A stretch of DNA of 45,289 nt from a virus (Duplodnaviria; Caudoviricetes): the IMG/VR virus record IMGVR_UViG_3300033434_000006, positions 1 through 45,289 of that record; one strand, 5' to 3'. Every line of letters starts with the position of its first letter. Position 1 is the stretch's first letter. Made by a program: the position numbers and the translations under genes. The notes beneath the pieces were generated by a model. It had not been told where the DNA came from. It saw only the letters and a program-made list of their open reading frames with translations, and ran no database searches. Positions 37,089 to 45,128 of this stretch are shown in pieces.

Positions 37089-37503
37089 CTATTTCCATTT
37101 CAAGTGCCAAGGTTGCGGTTCTAATCACTTTATAGTCAGTAGTCAACTCATTCATTTTGGGCAATTCATCCGGTGTAATCTCTCCATCATCCAAGATGGT
37201 TAAGAGGTCATGCCGTTTTTTTATGATGTTTTCAGCGGAATTTAGTATTTTTACCCCAGCCATTATCGGGTGCATTTGCGGAAATTCATATCCCAGGCAC
37301 TTTCCAATACTGCAACCATTGCCACAATGCCATAACATTAACTGACTTCCTGCTCGGTAAAGGTCATCCATCAGCACAACCTTTTCCGGCGGTACTTCTT
37401 CTTCGCCATACTCCATCCTGACGATACGCTCTTTTGTTAGGTGCAAGACCTGTTCGGCGGTCAAGAGGGCTATTCCAGCGTTTTTTCGGCAGTCTCGATA
37501 CAT
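37057..37503 (-). CDS. HTH regulator (XRE/CII-like)
   Basis: YRDCRKNAGI..E.G...VPPEKV; C..GCSIG; DDGEITPDE. Confidence 0.7.
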   Translation of the reverse strand: MYRDCRKNAGIALLTAEQVLHLTKERIVRMEYGEEEVPPEKVVLMDDLYRAGSQLMLWHCGNGCSIGKCLGYEFPQMHPIMAGVKILNSAENIIKKRHDLLTILDDGEITPDELPKMNELTTDYKVIRTATLALEMEIEKNHSGRSGL

Positions 37504-37538
37504 CGACGTTCACCCCCTTCCCCTGCTACACTAAATGC

Positions 37539-37589
37539 GTGGGGTTTTACCCCGGTGGGCTGTTTCCACGACAGCCCCTCCCTTTTTTT
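37539..37589 (+). ncRNA. Second candidate antisense small RNA
   Basis: TCGACG-18-TACACT with TG; hairpins gggg-tttta-cccc and gggctgt-ttccacg-acagccc, then a T7 run. Confidence 0.35.
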
Positions 37590-37812
37590 CAAAAAAACAC
37601 CGTGATACATATTAGGTACACAATCATTGCTCCGGCAATTTCCCGCCAGGTCAGCTCTCCATCACTTGTTAGCCAGTTGCAAAAATTATGTATCATTGCT
37701 CTGCCATCCCAACCATGATGCAGAGGGCCAGCGCAATCAGTCCGGCTAAGAACATTGATGTTTGCATGGTTTTCACCTCCCTTTCAACTTGTCCATTTTT
37801 TGTCCAGCGGAG

Positions 37813-38523
37813 TTAACTAGCTTTTTGTTGAAACATTTTTAATAAAAATTCTCTTCCCAATTGAGTCCAGCGGCGATGGTAAATCACATGACCGTTGTCG
37901 TGAACTTCTTGCTTAATTTCAACATAACCATTGTCAGCGTGTTTACTGTACAAAACCCAAGTACCATTCTGCTTGAATTGGATTTTTTTATTAGCAAGGT
38001 CGTTGTTTAATGCAATTGCTGATTTAAAACCTAACTCTTTGGCAATCTCTGTAGCAGTATAAGTTTTGTTAACGTGCATCAAGATTGCATTTGTTTTTTC
38101 TGCCTTAAACCTTGCTGCCCGTTCTTCTTTTAATTTAGTTAGCAATGCAATTCCATAGTCTGGGTTGTCTAGTATTTGGTCGATAACATTATCCGTTGCA
38201 TACATGCCGTTCTTGCGGATTGAGGGAAGGACTTCGTGAGTAACCCACCGCTTAAATTGTTTAGCCTCTGGCTTACGACTACTAAGAACTAGCGAGTATA
38301 TTCCTGACTCTGTGACCACTTGCATTCCCTGGATTCCTCCAGGGGTGTCGGTTGAAACTACACCCTTTTCATCATCATCCAATCGTGCTATGGCATCTCT
38401 GGAATTACTAATTTCTAAAATATCGCATACATCCTTAACAACAAAACCAGGTTCTCCGTTTTCTAAGGTTACAGTTCGAATAGGTTTGCCTTGATAATCA
38501 AATACTCGTTGTAAATCGTTCAC
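37813..38523 (-). CDS. Antirepressor, BRO-N plus KilA-C domains
   Basis: FVVKDVCDIL, ESGIYSLVLSSRKPEAKQFKRWVTHEVLPSIRK, WTQLGREF. Confidence 0.93.
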   Translation of the reverse strand: MNDLQRVFDYQGKPIRTVTLENGEPGFVVKDVCDILEISNSRDAIARLDDDEKGVVSTDTPGGIQGMQVVTESGIYSLVLSSRKPEAKQFKRWVTHEVLPSIRKNGMYATDNVIDQILDNPDYGIALLTKLKEERAARFKAEKTNAILMHVNKTYTATEIAKELGFKSAIALNNDLANKKIQFKQNGTWVLYSKHADNGYVEIKQEVHDNGHVIYHRRWTQLGREFLLKMFQQKAS

Positions 38524-38524
38524 T

Positions 38525-38752
38525 TTACGCTCCTTTCTTTTGTTCTGAATTCCGAACGGTTAATGCAAAAAAAATTTTTTCTACAGGTTCGCCGAATTCT
38601 TTAGCAATCCTTAACATTAATAGACCGCTTAAATTTGGAACTTTGTTATTTTCTATATTAGAAAGGTGCGACCTTGTAATGCCTAACATATTAGCAAATT
38701 TTTCTTGGCTAATACCACTTTTATTTCTTAATTCGGCGACTATATTTTCCAT
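38525..38752 (-). CDS. Cro-like XRE HTH regulator
   Basis: LRNKSGISQEKFANMLGITRSHLSNIEN; real start ATG 38752 after GGAAGGGGG. Confidence 0.88.
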   Translation of the reverse strand: MENIVAELRNKSGISQEKFANMLGITRSHLSNIENNKVPNLSGLLMLRIAKEFGEPVEKIFFALTVRNSEQKKGA

Positions 38753-38793
38753 TGCTGATTCCCCCTTCCGTGTATTTAATTCCTTACAAGTAA

Positions 38794-38823
38794 AGAATAC
38801 CATACACCCGCCCGTTTTGTCAA
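38794..38823 (-). promoter_or_regulatory. Early lytic promoter
   Basis: TTGACA-18bp-TATTCT with extended TG. Confidence 0.7.
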
Positions 38824-38897
38824 GACTTCTATACATGTTTTTGTATTTATTTTTTATTTTGTTTAGAATAAAATACAGTAGAAAGGAATGAATACTT

Positions 38898-39422
38898 TTG
38901 ACTATTGGAGAAATATTACATAAAAGAAGAAAAGAATTAAATTTATCGTATAGACAGTTGAGCAATATAACAGGTATTAGCCATTCACACATTTCAAGTA
39001 TTGAAAAAGGTATAGAGCCAAAAACGAAAAAACCCGTTCGTCCATCCTATGAAGTAATTGAAAAACTAGCTAGAGGATTAAACGTTACTATAGATTATCT
39101 GCTAGGGAAAGTTGATAATCCTAACCATGTATATATAGAACCTACATTGCTTGGCAATGGCAAAGGTACGTCAATGCCAAAAGAAAATCATAATGAATTT
39201 AATAAGGTTATTGTAACAGCCTACAAAAAAATGTCCGACGATGTTATTGCTCATGCCGAAACAATGGATTTAACCAGCAAACAACAAACAGCTATTGACG
39301 AATTTAAAAAAATGCCGTTAACTGAGAAACAGCAAGAATTGTTAGAGGTTTTCGAGAAACTAAAGAACCTCCCGCCTGCTGATCGAGAGGTTCTGATAAA
39401 AATTATTAAGTCTTATCAATAA
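38898..39422 (+). CDS. CI-like XRE repressor without an S24 peptidase domain
   Basis: RRKELNLSYRQLSNITGISHSHISSIEKG, IDYLLG; divergent from cro. Confidence 0.88.
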   Translation: MTIGEILHKRRKELNLSYRQLSNITGISHSHISSIEKGIEPKTKKPVRPSYEVIEKLARGLNVTIDYLLGKVDNPNHVYIEPTLLGNGKGTSMPKENHNEFNKVIVTAYKKMSDDVIAHAETMDLTSKQQTAIDEFKKMPLTEKQQELLEVFEKLKNLPPADREVLIKIIKSYQ

Positions 39423-39474
39423 TTTGTTGCAACAATAAAGCTACGACTAAATCCCAAATCTTCGATTCATCCAC
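39406..39474 (-). CDS. 22-aa peptide convergent with the repressor (candidate SOS-induced antirepressor)
   Basis: GGAGG SD, GTG start, MDESKIWDLVVALLLQQIIDKT; upstream LexA box. Confidence 0.45.
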   Translation of the reverse strand: MDESKIWDLVVALLLQQIIDKT

Positions 39475-39496
39475 GAAATCGCCTCCAAAATTAGTA

Positions 39497-39510
39497 CGAA
39501 CATGTGTTTG
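39497..39510. promoter_or_regulatory. LexA (Cheo) box
   Basis: CGAAC-ATGT-GTTTG, downstream of a minus-strand TTGTAT-17-TAGCTT promoter. Confidence 0.65.
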
Positions 39511-39684
39511 GGTATAACTTCAACTAAGCTACTTTATTTTCCTGCTATATACAACAATTTTACACGATTTTATTTATACAAACAGTGGCGACATTTACCC
39601 ATAAAAGTATAATTAATACTGAGACGATACCGGAAAATCCTGCCAAAACTGTAAATTAGTTAAACATTTTTTAAGCCTTGGAAA

Positions 39685-39891
39685 TTAATCCAAGGCTTTT
39701 GGCTTGATATACAGTTGTTCAACGGTAATTCCAAGAGCCGCCGCAATCTGCTCCATATAATCAGACCGCGGATTTCTCTTGTGAATTTCAATGTCGCCAA
39801 GCGTACTTCTTGGTACTCCTGACAATTTCGCCAGTTCAGTTATTGATAAGCCCTTATCTTCCCTATATTTCTTGATATAATTAGTCTGCAA
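39685..39891 (-). CDS. Small XRE HTH regulator
   Basis: IKKYREDKGLSITELAKLSGVPRSTLGDIE. Confidence 0.88.
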   Translation of the reverse strand: MQTNYIKKYREDKGLSITELAKLSGVPRSTLGDIEIHKRNPRSDYMEQIAAALGITVEQLYIKPKALD

Positions 39892-40098
39892 TTATTACCT
39901 CGACTATTGCTACCTATGGCAGACATTTTACCATTTTCGACAACAATAGACAAAGGCAATATGTGGTATATGCCGTTAAGACCGTTGTGGTGTTGACAGG
40001 AATTTTCTACTTTCTGCCGAATATATTTCAACACTTACGGAAACGGAAGTGTTTTTGTATTCGGTATCATATACACTATCGCAAACGAGGGGTGAATT

Positions 40099-40938
40099 AT
40101 GGCTACTGTTATAAGTATCAACTGCCAAAAGGGCGGCGTTGGTAAAACTACAACAACCTTACTGGTTGGATTCATGCTGGCTAAACAAGGCAAAAAAACC
40201 TTGATGATTGATTTTGACAGTCAGGGTAATTTATCATTCGCCGCAAGGGCCGGGCAAAATATTTACGATCATAACAATAAAACGGCATTTGAAGCAATCA
40301 AGCAGGGAACCGTTGAACCTTATATTATTCCGGCTCTATACGCTGTGCCGGACAATCAAGAACCTGTTGAAATTGAAAATTTGTTTTTAGTACCGGCAGA
40401 GGACTGGTTATCAAACCTACCCCAGTATTTATACATTGAATGGCGCGCATCACATCCAGAAGCGTTCCGAAAAGCTGAATATATGTATCTGCTCAAAAAT
40501 GCGCTGGCTCCGGTGTTAGATCAGTACGATTACATATTAATTGATTGCCCACCATCCCCAGGCGAACCTACACGATTAGCATTAGTTGCGGCTAATTGGA
40601 GTTTGATTGTAATGCAATCGCAAGTTTTTTGTCTGGATGCCGTAAGCCGATTCACGGAAATTTTAGAAGGCGCACAGAAACAGTTTAACCCAGACCTTGA
40701 TGTTATCGGTATTACTCCAACTTTATTAGACAGCAGAACTACCCTTGATACAGGCATTGTCGAGCAGGCAAAAGAGGACTTCGGCGAGTGGGTTACGGAT
40801 ACAATTATTAGAGCAAAAACAAAAATTAAAGAAGTTGCGACCGGGATTCCGCTGAACATGCACAAGCAAGAACGAGAGGCATTAGCGCAATATGAACAGT
40901 TAACCGAGGAGTTGTTAAAAAGATGTCAAACGCTTTAG
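40099..40938 (+). CDS. parA: ParA partition ATPase
   Basis: KGGVGKTT deviant Walker A, IDFDSQGN, ILIDCPPS. Confidence 0.95.
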   Translation: MATVISINCQKGGVGKTTTTLLVGFMLAKQGKKTLMIDFDSQGNLSFAARAGQNIYDHNNKTAFEAIKQGTVEPYIIPALYAVPDNQEPVEIENLFLVPAEDWLSNLPQYLYIEWRASHPEAFRKAEYMYLLKNALAPVLDQYDYILIDCPPSPGEPTRLALVAANWSLIVMQSQVFCLDAVSRFTEILEGAQKQFNPDLDVIGITPTLLDSRTTLDTGIVEQAKEDFGEWVTDTIIRAKTKIKEVATGIPLNMHKQEREALAQYEQLTEELLKRCQTL

Positions 40939-41423
40939 AAAGAATAAGAAAAAATAAGAATACACCGCCGCAGCATAACGGTGAGAGGCTTATTAGCGGG
41001 TATTCAGAAACAGTAAACGAAAGTGAAAACGGAAGCGTAAACACAAACGGAAACAAAAACAATAATACAATTGTTTTAGCAAGTTATAATAAGTCCGAAA
41101 TTGAAACCGATGATACAAGTGCAATCAATGGTCATAATACTTCTGAAACCATTTCCGAAAACAATGGCAAAACCGCTATTGAAAATGTAAATACAATTGA
41201 TGCTGATAATGAAAACGTAGATGAAGCTGATAACATCGGTGTTAATGCGTATGTTTTAGCCAACAAGAAACCTAAGTTTGAGGAAACACACAGGAAATGC
41301 ACCTTCTGGCTAGAAGATGATTTATACGACAGGCTACACAATTTGACCAGCGGCGAAAAGGGTCTTAAAACCCAAGTTGTGAATGATGCCTTAAAGCAGT
41401 TTTTAAAGAAGATCAAAGCGTAG
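40923..41423 (+). CDS. Centromere-binding partner (disordered N-terminus plus ribbon-helix-helix)
   Basis: Overlaps parA; C-terminal RKCTFWLEDDLYDRL..KTQVVNDALKQFL. Confidence 0.75.
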   Translation: MSNALERIRKNKNTPPQHNGERLISGYSETVNESENGSVNTNGNKNNNTIVLASYNKSEIETDDTSAINGHNTSETISENNGKTAIENVNTIDADNENVDEADNIGVNAYVLANKKPKFEETHRKCTFWLEDDLYDRLHNLTSGEKGLKTQVVNDALKQFLKKIKA

Positions 41424-41433
41424 GTGTAAGTAC

Positions 41434-42300
41434 ATGAATAATCCCAAACACATAAATGAATTAATTACCGAAGCCCTCGCAATTGAGGCGCAAGATGCCA
41501 AAGAAACAGGTACTATTGGCTATATGGCAAGAGCGTTAGTCCAAGCAACCTTACCTCACAAAGCAGCAAAAGGAATTGAATTTGTTCGCACTAATGGAAA
41601 TTTTTCCTTGTCAATCATGTCTCCCGCATCGATAGGCCTACCTTATGGCAATATTCCACGCTTGGTTCTAGCATGGTTAACAACTGAAGCAGTACAAACA
41701 AAAGACCGAAATATCATCCTAGGTAATAGTTTGACTGATTTCATGCACGATCTTGGGCTAGTACCAACAGGCGGACGTTGGGGAAGTATTACCCGCCTAA
41801 AGGAACAACTCAAAAGGCTTTTTGCTTCATCAATTACCTGTACCTATACTGGTAGTTATAACGGGTCTGTAGGCGATAGCATCTATAAACTAAACCTTAT
41901 AGACCATGCACAATTTTGGTGGGAACCAAAAAAACTTGACCAGCTCAGCCTTTTTGATTCCGTCATAATCCTCTCACAGAATTTTTTTGATGAAGTAACG
42001 CAAAATCCTGTCCCAATAGACTTACGCGCTTTAAGAGCGTTAAAGCGTTCACCAATGGCACTTGACATCTATTGTTGGCTAACATACCGCATGTTTAGCG
42101 TAAAACGCAATACACCGCCCATACCTTGGCAATGCTTACAAACACAATTTGGGGCAGACTATGCCCATACACGTAACTTCAAGCTTTCTTTTTTGGAACA
42201 ATTAAAAAAAGTATCAGTTATATATCCCGAAGCACGATTTGAGCCAACTGAAACCGGATTAATTCTAAAACCAAGTCCTACACATATCCTTCCGAAATAA
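41434..42300 (+). CDS. repA: Plasmid replication initiator RepA (RepA_C, IncW-like)
   Basis: GYMARALVQATLPH, GLPYGNIPRL, TGGRWGSITRLKEQ, PVPIDL, ALDIYCWLTYR. Confidence 0.9.
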   Translation: MNNPKHINELITEALAIEAQDAKETGTIGYMARALVQATLPHKAAKGIEFVRTNGNFSLSIMSPASIGLPYGNIPRLVLAWLTTEAVQTKDRNIILGNSLTDFMHDLGLVPTGGRWGSITRLKEQLKRLFASSITCTYTGSYNGSVGDSIYKLNLIDHAQFWWEPKKLDQLSLFDSVIILSQNFFDEVTQNPVPIDLRALRALKRSPMALDIYCWLTYRMFSVKRNTPPIPWQCLQTQFGADYAHTRNFKLSFLEQLKKVSVIYPEARFEPTETGLILKPSPTHILPK

Positions 42301-42304
42301 GTTG

Positions 42305-42839
42305 CGCATAAACGGTTGCAGCCACATTAACAAAAAACGAGTATTTACGTGGCTTCACCGCCATTTTTACCGTGCAGATATGCTACGCATAAACGGTTGC
42401 AGCTATTTTCGGAAGAACCCAGTATTTATAAAGGTTTACCAGTGTTTTCCAGTAAAAAATCAGTATAATAGCGGTTATTCACTTTTTTAGTGGAAAAAGC
42501 CTGTGGATATATAGTTATCCCCGCATAAACGGTTGCATTGATCGTAGTTATTCCCGCATAAACGGTTGCAAACTTTGTCTTATTTACGCATAAACGGTTG
42601 CAGCCATCCCCAGCAATCTCTTACCACGCATGGGCTAGCGGGTTCCTCCTGTAGTAATACCTATAGATATATAATACCTGTAGTTATAAAAGAGCAGAAT
42701 GTGGACAGCTAATATCTGTCACACAATCTGCTCTTTTCGATTACTGTATTCATTTATAAATTTTCATAAGGAACGGCTCAAATATTGCAAAAATGATACT
42801 GAACACCAAATAGCAGAAATTTACGCATAAACGGTTGCA
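42305..42839 (+). repeat. Plasmid origin: six identical 16-bp iterons CGCATAAACGGTTGCA
   Basis: Copies start at 42305, 42386, 42522, 42555, 42587 and 42824. DnaA-box-like TGTGGATAT at 42502; AT-rich CCT(G/A)TAG repeats at 42648-42686. Confidence 0.9.
42688..42737. repeat. Imperfect inverted repeat within the origin
   Basis: aaaagagcaga.tgtggacag / ctgtcacaca.tctgctctttt. Confidence 0.7.
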
Positions 42840-42948
42840 GCCATTTTGCTATAAAGCAAGTAAATACGTTGGTTAATGACTATTTCCCAATTGCGGAAAA
42901 AATAAAATCTTAAAGGTATTATTGCAGAAACGATACTCCGCGCATAAT

Positions 42949-43076
42949 TAAAAAACCACTAATAGCAGAGCACCCACCTCTGCAACCTCGACTCGGCCAA
43001 GGTTCCGAAACGTACGGCACATCCCATAATGCCGAGGGGATGACCGCGCAGAGCGATAACGGTTTTAGTGGTTCTA
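42949..43076 (-). ncRNA. Candidate structured ncRNA (~125 nt)
   Basis: TTGCAA-17-TAACAT promoter; closing helix aaccactaa/ttagtggtt; internal hairpins; terminal T6. Confidence 0.4.
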
Positions 43077-43254
43077 TTGCCTATGTTATAGACTGAGTAT
43101 CGTTTTTGCAATTTTAATTATTATTTTTATAAATTAGTCGAAAAAACGAACTAAATATTTTGCCCTTAAACCGATAATTTATACTCGCATGAAGATTCGT
43201 ACTACCTAACACATAAAAACGGCGTAGCGGCTAAATCTCGCACTCACAGCACCA

Positions 43255-43485
43255 TTAGGACTCAATAAACCATTTGCCCTCATCGTCAAACAAATAAACC
43301 TGCTTACCCATTATCTTGCAAGTGTACCGTATCCCCAGACCACCAGCCTTTAGAGAAGCGGCCTTGCACACATCAATAAGTCGATCAATCTCAAACACTC
43401 TGCCATCAGACCATTTCAGCGTAAGAGGACGAACCGAGCCATCTACACAATGCCTTGCAGTTATCTCAACGAATGTTTTGCCCAT
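43255..43485 (-). CDS. Small SOS-regulated protein (type usually found beside Y-family polymerase genes)
   Basis: DGRVFEIDR..AASLKAGG.GIRYTC motif; LexA box and promoter upstream. Confidence 0.75.
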   Translation of the reverse strand: MGKTFVEITARHCVDGSVRPLTLKWSDGRVFEIDRLIDVCKAASLKAGGLGIRYTCKIMGKQVYLFDDEGKWFIES

Positions 43486-43503
43486 TTGTACCACTCCATT
43501 TTT

Positions 43504-43547
43504 AGAACATACGTTCTAATTATAAAACGCCTAATTAAACAAATCAA
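43504..43547 (-). promoter_or_regulatory. SigA promoter with a perfect LexA box
   Basis: TTGATT-17-TATAAT followed by AGAAC-N4-GTTCT (43504-43517). Confidence 0.85.
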
Positions 43548-43554
43548 GCATTAT

Positions 43555-43587
43555 AAAAGGACAAGAAATATATTTCTTGTCCTTTTT
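43555..43587. terminator. Bidirectional intrinsic terminator
   Basis: aaaaggacaagaaat-at-atttcttgtcctttt. Confidence 0.8.
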
Positions 43588-43590
43588 ACT

Positions 43591-44484
43591 TTATCCAAGT
43601 TTGCATTCTCTAACATACTGCTCAATTTCCATTTGAAGTCCATTAGTAAAGGGCATTGGGTCATACCCAAAATCTCTTGCTGCATTATCATGCGGATAGC
43701 TTCTATTTTCGCCCATTCTCTGTACTTTTTCGACGTAATCTACTTTCCCAAGAGATAGAGTTTTGAGAATTCTTGCACCTAAGACGCCTGTGCCCACGGA
43801 AACATTTACAAAAGCCGTTTTCTTATTTAGATTATGACTTATCAGTTTAAACATATCAATCATTGTAATTGGGTCTTTGCCTGATAATATATAGTCTCCA
43901 TTCATAATCTTATCGTTAGTTAATACCTGATAATAGGCTTTCCCAAGGTCACGGCCATTCACTGGTTGAAGGAGACTCATACCATTATCAATTATTGGGA
44001 ATAGCCTTAATTTATCAACCATCTTAATAAAAATAACCATGTTTTTATCTTTAATATTCCCATATATCATAGTTGGTCTTAATATGACTAAACCCATTGA
44101 TGTGTTTTTAATTAGTTCTTTTATTATAGTCTCAGCATTCTTGTACCCTTCAGAGGCACTTTTATACTTTGAATATATTCCGGTTGTATGTACAAGAATT
44201 GCTCTTTTAACATTATTTTTTACCGCTGCCATCATAACACATGGTGAGTCAAGTATACCGCCAATGTGGAAAACCGTATCTACACCATTCATGCAACTGT
44301 TCATAAACTTTTGGTCTTTAAAACTACCTACCACTTTTTCTATATTCAAATTTGAGTTGTCTAGTAATGATGTATCAGATGTGGCTTGAACAACACAGCG
44401 AATTTTACCATTATATTTATGGTTTATTAGTTCTTGCGCGAAAAATCTTCCTGAGTGTCCTGTAATACCTGTAACTAATAACAT
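43591..44484 (-). CDS. NAD-dependent epimerase/dehydratase (SDR-like), AT-rich moron
   Basis: LLVTGITGHSG Rossmann motif, ILRPTMIYG, QPVNGRDL; upstream TG-N-TATAAA. Confidence 0.88.
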   Translation of the reverse strand: MLLVTGITGHSGRFFAQELINHKYNGKIRCVVQATSDTSLLDNSNLNIEKVVGSFKDQKFMNSCMNGVDTVFHIGGILDSPCVMMAAVKNNVKRAILVHTTGIYSKYKSASEGYKNAETIIKELIKNTSMGLVILRPTMIYGNIKDKNMVIFIKMVDKLRLFPIIDNGMSLLQPVNGRDLGKAYYQVLTNDKIMNGDYILSGKDPITMIDMFKLISHNLNKKTAFVNVSVGTGVLGARILKTLSLGKVDYVEKVQRMGENRSYPHDNAARDFGYDPMPFTNGLQMEIEQYVRECKLG

Positions 44485-44591
44485 TTGTCATCCTCCGCTT
44501 GAAAAATATATTAACTTTATACCATATATTGTATATTCGTTTACAAATAAAGTAAATATTATTCAAGTTTTTAGTGTTGACATTATGTTGC

Positions 44592-45062
44592 TTATGGCAA
44601 AAATAGGCTCTCTAACGACTGCAACTTCCGCAACAAGTCTGCCGGAGTAACATTGTCAGGTGCGAAGTCCGGGAATATATCTAAACCGCCAGCCTGTAGG
44701 ATTCTGGTTACCGCCTCAGAACAATCTACCGTTTTCTCACCATCACCCGGCACAGTCACGCCTAGCAGATCGTGTAATCCTCCGTCGAGACACGCAATCC
44801 ATCCGTAGGGCGTTCCTAATAGCTTCTCAGCCTCTTTTTCTGCCGCTTCTATATTTGGCAAGTCCACTGATAATATCGTGGTCTTGAATCCGTCATAGGC
44901 AGTTAGTGGCGACTTCACAAAACCATTATCAAGCGCTTCTAATATTCCACCCAGCATAAATATAGCGGCGTGGCTCGGGTCTTGTCCTGGGCCTTCTGCC
45001 CAGTCAATAATTTTGCCAAATTCGGTAACCGGATAGGAAAATAATACATTTACCTTTGCCAT
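44592..45062 (-). CDS. Permuted papain-like amidase (YiiX/YebB-like)
   Basis: His motif PSHAAI precedes Cys motif VDCSEAV; LGTPYGW; TPADL. Confidence 0.8.
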   Translation of the reverse strand: MAKVNVLFSYPVTEFGKIIDWAEGPGQDPSHAAIFMLGGILEALDNGFVKSPLTAYDGFKTTILSVDLPNIEAAEKEAEKLLGTPYGWIACLDGGLHDLLGVTVPGDGEKTVDCSEAVTRILQAGGLDIFPDFAPDNVTPADLLRKLQSLESLFLP

Positions 45063-45079
45063 ACTAATCCCTCCCACAT

Positions 45080-45115
45080 AAAAAAAGATAGGCCCGATCA
45101 ATTAAGACCGGGCCT
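45080..45115 (-). terminator. Intrinsic terminator after the junction-spanning gene
   Basis: aggcccggtc-ttaatt-gatcgggcct-atcttttttt. Confidence 0.7.
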
Positions 45116-45128
45116 CAAACATATCATC

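Noticed and set aside
38753-38992. 80-aa N-terminal extension of Cro in the ORF track
   Set aside because: It overlaps the divergent promoters and the repressor; the SD supports ATG 38752.
42302-42490. 62-aa ORF with repeated RINGCS
   Set aside because: Translation of the iterons; no SD.
42305-42839. 16-bp repeats as a mini CRISPR array
   Set aside because: Repeats are too short, gaps are irregular (16-221 bp), there are no cas genes, and they adjoin repA. They fit iterons.
42949-43076. Hammerhead/HDV ribozyme, c-di-GMP riboswitch or tRNA
   Set aside because: No CUGANGA core, HDV topology, GEMM motif or cloverleaf recognisable by eye. Kept only as an unclassified RNA candidate.
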